This document shows, piece by piece, positions 38,149-44,838 of a stretch of DNA of 44,838 bases (positions are counted from its first letter, which is position 1; the number at the start of each line of letters is the position of its first letter). The DNA comes from Thermoplasmata archaeon (lineage in GTDB: Archaea; Thermoplasmatota; Thermoplasmata; Lutacidiplasmatales; UBA184): contig JAKAWP010000007.1 of the NCBI GenBank assembly GCA_021816955.1, positions 1 through 44,838 on the forward strand, given 5' to 3'. The position numbers and the translations under genes are program-made. The notes under the pieces were generated by a model. The model was not told the origin of the DNA. It searched no databases and saw only the letters and a list, made by a program, of their open reading frames with translations.

Positions 38149-38973
38149 ATGCGGCAGTCGACGCTTTCACTCCGAGGGTTGAATCGAGAACTCGAAGCGT
38201 TCCTCGTCGAGCCGGAGCGGGGCAGCGGACGCGGGCCTGCTATCGTCGTCATCCACGAGATCTTCGGCCTCGACGATCATATCCGGGATGTCGCGACGCG
38301 CATCGGCCGCGAAGGGTACACGGTGCTGGCGCCGAACCTATTCTCCGGTCCGATCGCGAAGCTCCTGACGCCCGCCAACGTCGCGCTCGCGATGGCCGCG
38401 CTCCGCGACGCGCCCCCCGATCTACGGGCGCATCCCGAGCGGTTCCGAGCGTTCGCCGCCTCTCAGCCGGCCGAGCGACGACCCGTGCTCGAGGCGTTCG
38501 CCCAAGTGACGAGCCCGGACCAGCAGGACCGGTTCGCGGAAGAGTTGAAGTTGTGCCGAGAACACCTCGGCCGGCTCGATTTGGTCGACCCGAGCCGCAT
38601 CGGCGCCGTCGGGTTCTGCTTCGGGGGCGCGATGGTCGGCCGCTGGGCCACGATCGACCCGGGGCTGGCGGCCGGGGTCATCTTCTACGGTCAGGCCCCG
38701 CCGTTCGAACGGATTCCGGCGATCCGGGCCCGCCTCCTCGGCTTGTACGGCGGGGAGGACCCCGGCATCACGAACGGCGTGCCCGCCTTCGCGCAGGCGC
38801 TACGGGCGGCCGGAAAGTCGTTCGACTATCACGTCTATCCGGGCGCTCGGCACGCCTTCTTCAACGATGCCCGACCCAACTATCACCCTGACAGCGCCCG
38901 CGATGCGTGGCGCCGCGTCCTCGAATTTCTGGCGGCGGCCCTGAAGGACGCGCCGCCCCCCTCGGTCGCCTGA
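38149..38973 (+). CDS. Dienelactone hydrolase family protein
   Basis: IHEIFGL, nucleophile GFCFGG, FYG, GGED, YPGARHAFFND. Confidence 0.93.
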   Translation: MRQSTLSLRGLNRELEAFLVEPERGSGRGPAIVVIHEIFGLDDHIRDVATRIGREGYTVLAPNLFSGPIAKLLTPANVALAMAALRDAPPDLRAHPERFRAFAASQPAERRPVLEAFAQVTSPDQQDRFAEELKLCREHLGRLDLVDPSRIGAVGFCFGGAMVGRWATIDPGLAAGVIFYGQAPPFERIPAIRARLLGLYGGEDPGITNGVPAFAQALRAAGKSFDYHVYPGARHAFFNDARPNYHPDSARDAWRRVLEFLAAALKDAPPPSVA

Positions 38974-39091
38974 TTGCGCTCGATCGCCGCGAGGAAGCGG
39001 CCGCTCGAACGGCGCATCGCCGCGCCCTCGGGTCCCTCCCACTCGAGGAGGCGTCGATGCGGGTGCCTCATTCGGGGCCCCGGAGCGGCCG

Positions 39092-40276
39092 CTACCGCGC
39101 TCGGTCTCCGCCAATCTCCGCCGTTGGGCGGGGCAACGGTTCTTCGGGAGAGACGCGGGATGCCCGAAGGCGATCCGGCTCTTCCCCGGGCGCCCGGGGG
39201 GCCGAATGCGATCCCAGGTAACGGGCAATGGTCACCAATCCGAGAAGGACCGGGACCTCCACGAGCGGTCCGACCGTCGCGGCGAGGGCGACGGTCGAGG
39301 TGATGCCGAACACCGCGACCGCGACGGTGATCGCGAGTTCGAAGTTGTTGCTGGCCGCGGTGAGCGACAGCGCAGCGTTTTCTGGGTACTCCGCCCGAGC
39401 CCAGCGGCCGAGGCCGAAGCTCAGGAAGAACATCACGACGAAGTACGCGACCAGCGGAACAGCGACCAGCACGACCTCCACGGGCGACGCGAGGATCGCG
39501 GAACTCTGGAACGCAAACAGCAGGACGATCGTGTAGAGGAGGGCGCCGAGCGACACGGGCGCGAGCGCCGGTCCGATCCGCCCATCGAGGTCGGCGAGCC
39601 GTCCGGCCGTTCGATGCGCCCACCGGGTCAAAACCCCGGCGGCGAACGGCAGCCCGAGGAATACCACTACGCTGTACGCGACGAGCGCCGGTGACACCGG
39701 GACCGGGAGGGCGGGCGCGCCGGCCGCCGGCAGAAATATCGTCACGAACGTGTAGACGTAGATCCCGTAGAACGCGACCTGGAAGAGGCTGTTGAACGCC
39801 ACCAATCCGGCCGCGTACTCTCGGCTGCCGCCCGCGAGTTCGTTCCAGACGAGGACCATCGCAATGCATCGGGCGCTTCCGATGAGCACGAGGCCGACGA
39901 GGAGCTCGGGATACCCGCGGAGCAGCAGGAGCCCGAGTCCGAGCATGACGAACGGGCCGACCCCCCAGTTGAGGAGGAGGGAGAGGGCGAGGAGCCGGGT
40001 GTTCCGGAAGACCCGCGGAAGCTCATCGTAACGAACCCGTACCAGCGGAGGGTACATCATCAACACCAAGCCCGCTCCGATCGCGGCGGGGACGGGAGTG
40101 CCCGGCAGATCCCAACCTCCGATGGCTCCGACAATCGAGGCGGGTGCCAGACGCCCGAACGCCAGTCCGCCGACCATCGCCGCGGCGATCCAGAGGGGGA
40201 GGAATCGGTCCCCGGCGGCGAGGGTTCTTCGGGTCGGGCACGGATCGTTCTCCGAGCCTTCGGGACCGTCCGTCAC
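39092..40276 (-). CDS. acr3: Acr3-family arsenite efflux transporter
   Basis: DRFLPLWI, MMYPPL, LNW.VGP, ARCIAMVLVWN, NSLFQ, SNNFELAI, VGPLVEVPV. Confidence 0.95.
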   Translation of the reverse strand: MTDGPEGSENDPCPTRRTLAAGDRFLPLWIAAAMVGGLAFGRLAPASIVGAIGGWDLPGTPVPAAIGAGLVLMMYPPLVRVRYDELPRVFRNTRLLALSLLLNWGVGPFVMLGLGLLLLRGYPELLVGLVLIGSARCIAMVLVWNELAGGSREYAAGLVAFNSLFQVAFYGIYVYTFVTIFLPAAGAPALPVPVSPALVAYSVVVFLGLPFAAGVLTRWAHRTAGRLADLDGRIGPALAPVSLGALLYTIVLLFAFQSSAILASPVEVVLVAVPLVAYFVVMFFLSFGLGRWARAEYPENAALSLTAASNNFELAITVAVAVFGITSTVALAATVGPLVEVPVLLGLVTIARYLGSHSAPRAPGEEPDRLRASRVSPEEPLPRPTAEIGGDRAR

Positions 40277-40749
40277 CTTCGTGGTCCGTCGTCCGTTCCC
40301 GGCCGTTCGCCGGAGAGCTCGCCGACGAGGCGGACGACCCGCCGACGGATCTCGTCACGAACTTCGCGGAATCCGGCGTCCGTCAATGGCGCCGGATCCG
40401 GCAATCCCCAATCGATCGTCTTCTCCCGGCGAAGGAAGCGCGGACAGCTCGCGTCGTCCAAGCAGCCCATGGTGATGATCAGGTCGGCCCGCTCGACGAG
40501 CGACGGCGTGAGAAGCTGCGGAGGATGGGGTGGGAGGCGGTAGCCGATCTCCTCGAGAACCGGTCCGGTGCGCGGATTCGGCTGGGCCGCGGGCTGGGTG
40601 CCAGCGCTCTCCGCCCTCCAGCCGGGGGGCGCCTCATGATTGAAGATCGCCTCGGCGATGAGGGAGCGGGCCGAGTTCTGGACACAAACGAACAGGACGA
40701 CTCCGGAAGCCCCGACCTTCTTTGCCGGGCGGAGGGAAGCCGACGTCAT
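40273..40749 (-). CDS. arsC: Arsenate reductase ArsC (LMW-PTP fold)
   Basis: P-loop FVCVQNSARS (C-x5-R), SAGT, TMGC.....CP resolving Cys pair, DWGLPDP; GTGA overlap with acr3. Confidence 0.92.
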   Translation of the reverse strand: MTSASLRPAKKVGASGVVLFVCVQNSARSLIAEAIFNHEAPPGWRAESAGTQPAAQPNPRTGPVLEEIGYRLPPHPPQLLTPSLVERADLIITMGCLDDASCPRFLRREKTIDWGLPDPAPLTDAGFREVRDEIRRRVVRLVGELSGERPGTDDGPRR

Positions 40750-41097
40750 CCGTGCCCCCTTCGTACGCCCTTCCGAGCGGAATCGACTCGGCGGATCGCC
40801 GGACGATCCTTGGGAGGTCGGTCCTCGACGCACGCAAGGAGGAGGTGACCTCCTCCTCCGTCCGGGGCGTCCCGGAACGGTTGGGTACCAACCCTCTCCT
40901 CCATTCCGCGCGCCAATCGTCCCTGCCGATGGTCGGCCGCCTGCTGGAAACGGACCGCCCTGGTTTTGGAATGCGTCGGCCCACCCCGGGCCGCCCGGTC
41001 CCGATCGTGCGTCGAGAGCTGAGTCGTCATGCCCCGGCCGACCGATCGCTCCAACGATTGAACTGATATGAACCCCGACTCTCTCGCTACGTAGGAA

Positions 41098-41436
41098 ATG
41101 GGGCCCTCGGAAACCCTCGAGTGTCCGTGCCCGCCCGCCGGAGCGATCGACATTGCCGGCAAGAAGTGGGCGGTCTGCGTCGTCACCTTGCTTGGACGAC
41201 ATGGTCGGCTTCGGTTCTCCGAGCTCCAACGCGGGTTGCCGAACGTCACCCCCGGCACCCTCGTCGCCACGCTCCGGGAACTCGAACTCCACCGGTGGAT
41301 CTCCCCGGAGGTCGTGGACTCCGACCGGCGCGGGCGGAGGTATCGGCTGACCGCGGAGGGAAGCCAACTCTACCAGTCGTTGCTGCCGTTGGCCCGTTCG
41401 CTTCGACGACCGGACGCCGAACTCCGCGCGCTCTGA
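41098..41436 (+). CDS. HxlR-family winged-helix regulator, Cys-rich N-terminus
   Basis: CPCP...AIDIAGKKW, LRFSELQRGLP.VT...L...LRELE, YRLTAEG..L. Confidence 0.88.
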   Translation: MGPSETLECPCPPAGAIDIAGKKWAVCVVTLLGRHGRLRFSELQRGLPNVTPGTLVATLRELELHRWISPEVVDSDRRGRRYRLTAEGSQLYQSLLPLARSLRRPDAELRAL

Positions 41437-41549
41437 CCCGGGCTTCTCGTCCGACCCCTTCCTCCCCAGCCACTGCTCGGGGGGGGGTCCTGGTTCCCGT
41501 TTCTCAGGCCCCAGCGCCTCGGCAGCGCTTCGCACCGACCGTCTCCCCC

Positions 41550-42119
41550 TCACAACCGGGAGACCGCCCCTCGGTGCCGGCGATAATGCCGGGCGACGCG
41601 CACTCGGTTTCCGCACCCGGTCGGAGAGCACCAACGCTGCGACGGGCGGACCGAGAAGAGGTAGTGGCCGCACCCCGGAGCCCCGCACCGCCGCAGACGA
41701 GAGCGGGCCGGTCCGCCGAGCAGGGTCACCGCCGTGCGGGCGAGATCGCTCCAGATAACCGCCGTCGGTGCCCGCGCCGGCGTCACGGCCAACGACCAGC
41801 CCCCGCGGTCCGTGTAGCGCAGGGTCGGGATCTTCGGTCGACGCCGGGCGAGCGCGTTGATCGATCGAAGGTCGGTGGGGTTCGGCGCGCGGTGGTCGAC
41901 GGCCGCTTGGAAGAGCCGGTCGAACAGACCGCGAAGGCGTCGGGCCGACCGTGCGACCTTCGGGCTCACTCTCCCCGCTCGCGTCCGCGGAACGAATCGG
42001 AGGGCGGGCGGGATCCGCCCGCGAGCCGCGAGGCCGTCGCCCGCTCGGCAGGCGGGGCACGGCGAGGTGTTGACGAAGTCGATCAACGTTCGGATCCGAC
42101 CGTCAGAATCTAATGGCAT
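41550..42119 (-). CDS. ABATE / CGNR zinc-finger domain protein
   Basis: LIDFVNT at the N-terminus; RLRRCGAPGC...F......RWCSPTGCGNRVRVARH; start ATG 42119. Confidence 0.9.
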   Translation of the reverse strand: MPLDSDGRIRTLIDFVNTSPCPACRAGDGLAARGRIPPALRFVPRTRAGRVSPKVARSARRLRGLFDRLFQAAVDHRAPNPTDLRSINALARRRPKIPTLRYTDRGGWSLAVTPARAPTAVIWSDLARTAVTLLGGPARSRLRRCGAPGCGHYLFSVRPSQRWCSPTGCGNRVRVARHYRRHRGAVSRL

Positions 42120-42139
42120 ACTGTCAGTTGTGCCATTAG
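42110..42139. promoter_or_regulatory. Candidate operator: perfect 9-bp inverted repeat with 12-nt spacer
   Basis: CTAATGGCA-tactgtcagttg-TGCCATTAG, AT-rich in a GC-rich background, overlapping the CGNR gene start codon. Confidence 0.7.
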
Positions 42140-42145
42140 CCTCCG

Positions 42146-42153
42146 TTATATAG
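42146..42153. promoter_or_regulatory. Shared bidirectional TATA box
   Basis: TTATATAG (reverse CTATATAA), centred about 28 nt from ATG 42177 (+) and about 30 nt from ATG 42119 (-). Confidence 0.7.
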
Positions 42154-42176
42154 ACTCTCGGCGTCCACCGGCCGAC

Positions 42177-42323
42177 ATGACGAAGGAGCGAGACCCGATC
42201 TGCGGGATGTCGGTGGAATCGACGACGGCGAAGTGGCACGTGCGCGAGGCCGACCGGACGGTCTACTTCTGTTCGGAAGGGTGCCTCCGCGCGTACTCCC
42301 AGCGGGCGGCTCCCTCCCGGTAG
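42177..42323 (+). CDS. 48-aa YHS/TRASH-domain protein (CopM-like metallochaperone), absent from the ORF track
   Basis: Hand translation MTKERDPICGMSVESTTAKWHVREADRTVYFCSEGCLRAYSQRAAPSR*: DPxCGM...YFCSxxC. Confidence 0.88.
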   Translation: MTKERDPICGMSVESTTAKWHVREADRTVYFCSEGCLRAYSQRAAPSR

Positions 42324-42352
42324 GCGGCGGTCCGCCGGCCCCGCCCCGTGCC

Positions 42353-44458
42353 ATGGCGACCGATCCCGTGTGCGGCATGTACGTGGCGGAAGGCCCAGAG
42401 GCGCTTCGCCTCGTCCGGGGCACCCGTACGTATCTGTTCTGCTCGACGGCCTGCCGACGAACGTTCGACAACCCGGAACAGGAACGCCGGTCGCTCGGCC
42501 GTCGGCTCGCCTTCGGCCTTCCTGCGACCGCGATAGTCGCCGGCCTCACTTACGGCGTATCCGCTGTCTGGGCGACGGGGATCGTGGCGCTCCTCGCGAC
42601 CGTCGCCCAAGTGTACTTGGGAGCGCCGTTTTACCGCGGGCTCGTCGACGCGCTACGGCACCGAAGAGCCAACATGGACGTCTTGATCGCGGTCGGCACC
42701 ACGGCCGCGTACGCCTACAGCGTGAGCGTCCTCGCGCTGCCGGGCCGCCTACCGCCGGCTTTGTACTTTGACGCATCGACGGCGATCCTCACGTTGATCT
42801 TGGTTGGCAACTACTTGGAGCAGCTCACGCGGACGCACGCCACGGACGCCCTCCGCGCACTGCGAGAGTGGGCCCCGCCGACCGCGCACCGGATCGACGG
42901 CGATCGCACATCGGAGGTGCCGCTCGCCGAGGTGCGGCCGGGGGATCGACTTCTCGTCCCGCCCGGGGAGCGGATACCGGCGGACGGGATCGTCCGCCAG
43001 GGCCGCTCGACCGCCGAAGAGGCGCTCGTGACCGGGGAGAGCCGACCGATCCCGAAAGGCCCGGGAGACCGAGTGCTCGCCGGCAGCGTGAACGGGGAAG
43101 GCGCGCTCGAGATCGAGGCGACCGCGGTCGGGGAAGCGACGTTCCTCGCGCACATCGGCGAGCTCGTCAGCGAGAGCGAACTCAGCCGGATCCCCCTGCA
43201 GGATCGGGCCGACCGGATCGCGGCCGGCTTCGTTCCGTTTGTCCTCACGTTGGCGGTCGTCGCGAGCCTCGGCTGGCTCGCCTTCGGCCGCGCGGCGTTC
43301 CCGATCGCCGTTCTGGTCTTCGTCAGCGTGACGATCATCGCATGTCCGTGCGCCTTCGGCATGGCGACGCCGGCCGCGCTCGTGACCGGCGTCGGACGAG
43401 CCGCGCGGCAAGGGATCCTCTTCCGGGGTCGGGATGCGATCGAACGCGCCGCTCGGGTCGATACCGTGCTGCTCGACAAGACGGGCACGCTTACCGCGGG
43501 CCATGCCCGCCTCGCCGACGTCCTCGTCGAACCCGGACACACCCGGGCCGAAGTGCTCGGGCTCGCGGCCGGTCTCGAGCGGACGTCGACGCATCCGCTC
43601 GCCGACGCGGTCGTGTCGGCCGCCCGGGCCGAATCGATCGCCCCGGTCGAGCTCGCCGAGGTCACCGCGCGACCGGGACTGGGCCTCGAAGGGCGCCTCG
43701 GCTCCGAGATCGTCCGGCTCGTCCGCACCTCCTCCGGCCGAGCCGCGAGCACTCCCGGGGGGTCGATGTCGGCTCGGATCGACCGATGGCTTGCCGAGGG
43801 GGCGACCGTGAGCGTGCTTGAGCGCGGCGACGCGAGAATCGGCGTCCTGGTCTTCCTCGACCCGGTGGCACCCACGGCCCGCGCCGCAGTGGCCGCCTTC
43901 GCCGCGGACGGGCTCGAAGTGACGATGGTGACCGGCGATACGAAGGGCGCGGCGCTCCGGGTCGCCCGGGAGGTCGGCATCGCCTCGGTTCGCTCCGACG
44001 CGACGCCCGACGAGAAGCTCGCCGCGATCCGGGAGCTCCAAGGGAGAGGGCGGACGGTAGCGTTCGTCGGCGACGGCCTCAACGACGCCCCGGCGCTCGC
44101 CGCCGCCGACGTCGGGATCGCGATCGGCACGGGGACGGACGTCGCGAAAGAGGCGGGCCACATCGTGCTCCTCTCTTCGAACCTCGTCGATGCGGCGCTC
44201 GCCCTGCGCATCGCTCGGCGGACGGTCGCCAAAGTTCGGCAGAACCTCCTCTGGGCGCTCGGTTACAACGCGGTCCTCCTCCCGATCGCGGCCGGCCTGC
44301 TCGTCCCGCTCTGGGGGTTCTCGGTCTACGCGGTGCTTCCGATCCTGGGGGCGTTCGCGATGGCGATCAGCTCGACGCTCGTTCTCGTGAACTCGCTTTC
44401 CCTCCGCTGGATCCGCGTGGAGCACCGGAGCCGCTCGAGCGTCCCGTCGGTCGGCTGA
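42353..44458 (+). CDS. copA: Cu(I)-type P1B ATPase with N-terminal TRASH/YHS domain
   Basis: DPVCGM...YLFCSTAC; TGES, CPC, DKTGT, HP, TGD, GDGLNDAPAL, YN and MAISS (P1B-1 signature); start ATG 42353. Confidence 0.93.
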   Translation: MATDPVCGMYVAEGPEALRLVRGTRTYLFCSTACRRTFDNPEQERRSLGRRLAFGLPATAIVAGLTYGVSAVWATGIVALLATVAQVYLGAPFYRGLVDALRHRRANMDVLIAVGTTAAYAYSVSVLALPGRLPPALYFDASTAILTLILVGNYLEQLTRTHATDALRALREWAPPTAHRIDGDRTSEVPLAEVRPGDRLLVPPGERIPADGIVRQGRSTAEEALVTGESRPIPKGPGDRVLAGSVNGEGALEIEATAVGEATFLAHIGELVSESELSRIPLQDRADRIAAGFVPFVLTLAVVASLGWLAFGRAAFPIAVLVFVSVTIIACPCAFGMATPAALVTGVGRAARQGILFRGRDAIERAARVDTVLLDKTGTLTAGHARLADVLVEPGHTRAEVLGLAAGLERTSTHPLADAVVSAARAESIAPVELAEVTARPGLGLEGRLGSEIVRLVRTSSGRAASTPGGSMSARIDRWLAEGATVSVLERGDARIGVLVFLDPVAPTARAAVAAFAADGLEVTMVTGDTKGAALRVAREVGIASVRSDATPDEKLAAIRELQGRGRTVAFVGDGLNDAPALAAADVGIAIGTGTDVAKEAGHIVLLSSNLVDAALALRIARRTVAKVRQNLLWALGYNAVLLPIAAGLLVPLWGFSVYAVLPILGAFAMAISSTLVLVNSLSLRWIRVEHRSRSSVPSVG

Positions 44459-44838
44459 GCGGGCGTCCGCTCGGCCGGAGGGCCGGGGAGGTTTCCCGCC
44501 GTTCGACCCAGCGAACGACCGCCTCGTACGCCGCCCGACGGTCGACGTCCGCAAACGTCCACGGATCGAACGACTCCGCCGGGACGGTCTGCGCCCGGCC
44601 GTCGGCGACCAACGTTTCGACCAGGCGGTGGAGCGAGCCGTGGCGCTCGAGGTGGCGCTTCACCTCCGCGAGCGGCACCGAGTACGCGGCGTGGAGGACT
44701 TCGAACGTCCCCCGGGACCATCGCGGAACGACCGATCGCCCGTCGAACAGGTCGGCGAGGCGGCGGAGCGCGGCGGGGTCGATCGTCGGCATGTCGCCTC
44801 CGACCAACACAAGCGGCCCGGGCCGTCGTTCTAGGATC
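44367..44838 (-). CDS. MobA-like NTP transferase, 5' end outside the window
   Basis: LVGGDMP, VVP....FEVLHAAY, FADVD (cf. MobA DMP / EPLHA.Y / FxNxN); frame stays open to the window edge. Confidence 0.75.
   Translation of the reverse strand, partial: ILERRPGPLVLVGGDMPTIDPAALRRLADLFDGRSVVPRWSRGTFEVLHAAYSVPLAEVKRHLERHGSLHRLVETLVADGRAQTVPAESFDPWTFADVDRRAAYEAVVRWVERRETSPALRPSGRPLSRPTGRSSGSGAPRGSSGGKASSRERASS

Noticed and set aside
40273-42060. 595-aa minus-strand ORF
   Set aside because: Only the last 158 aa (ArsC) are recognisable; the rest overlaps the HxlR and CGNR genes and reflects stop-codon scarcity at high GC
44367-44458. 92-nt convergent overlap of the MobA-like gene and copA
   Set aside because: The MobA-like tail is low complexity; such 3' run-on is common in GC-rich genomes
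1-44838. CRISPR array, cas genes, rRNA, attR copy of tRNA-Val
   Set aside because: No regularly spaced direct repeats, cas motifs, rRNA signatures or second tRNA 3' end found by eye

Overview
High-GC archaeal chromosome segment, most likely from a Thermoplasmata-type organism (inference from RpoL, TFS, ArcS, a nuclease-less Hef, ESGLP-type surface repeats and TATA boxes 25-30 nt before start codons). It has three parts. (1) About 1-10.9 kb: a surface-glycan locus (two GT4, two GT2 in one open frame, Wzx-type flippase, TylF-type O-methyltransferase) bracketed by decayed IS66, IS21 and IS110/IS1111 elements. (2) About 11-28.4 kb: housekeeping genes (GNAT, DJ-1/PfpI, asnS, tfs, purD, rpoL, kptA, aldehyde dehydrogenase, lipid GT2, hef, dut, HTH regulator, UbiD/UbiA pair, arcS) ending in tRNA-Val(TAC). 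(3) About 28.4-44.8 kb: an accessory region starting with an integrase remnant at the tRNA, then a large S53 protease, an ISH3-family IS, a damaged Panacea/RelE toxin-antitoxin pair, a MoaD-like protein plus beta-propeller, dienelactone hydrolase, acr3/arsC with an HxlR regulator, and a copper locus. Most striking observations: a CGNR/ABATE zinc-finger gene shares one bidirectional TATA box and a 9-bp inverted-repeat candidate operator with an unannotated TRASH mini-gene and copA; the arcS stop codon is formed by tRNA-Val positions 13-15, including the archaeosine site G15; and an archaeal IS1111-type element has perfect 14-bp sub-terminal repeats and a 3' non-coding region. No CRISPR array or rRNA seen. 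All calls come from motif recognition by eye, with no database searches.
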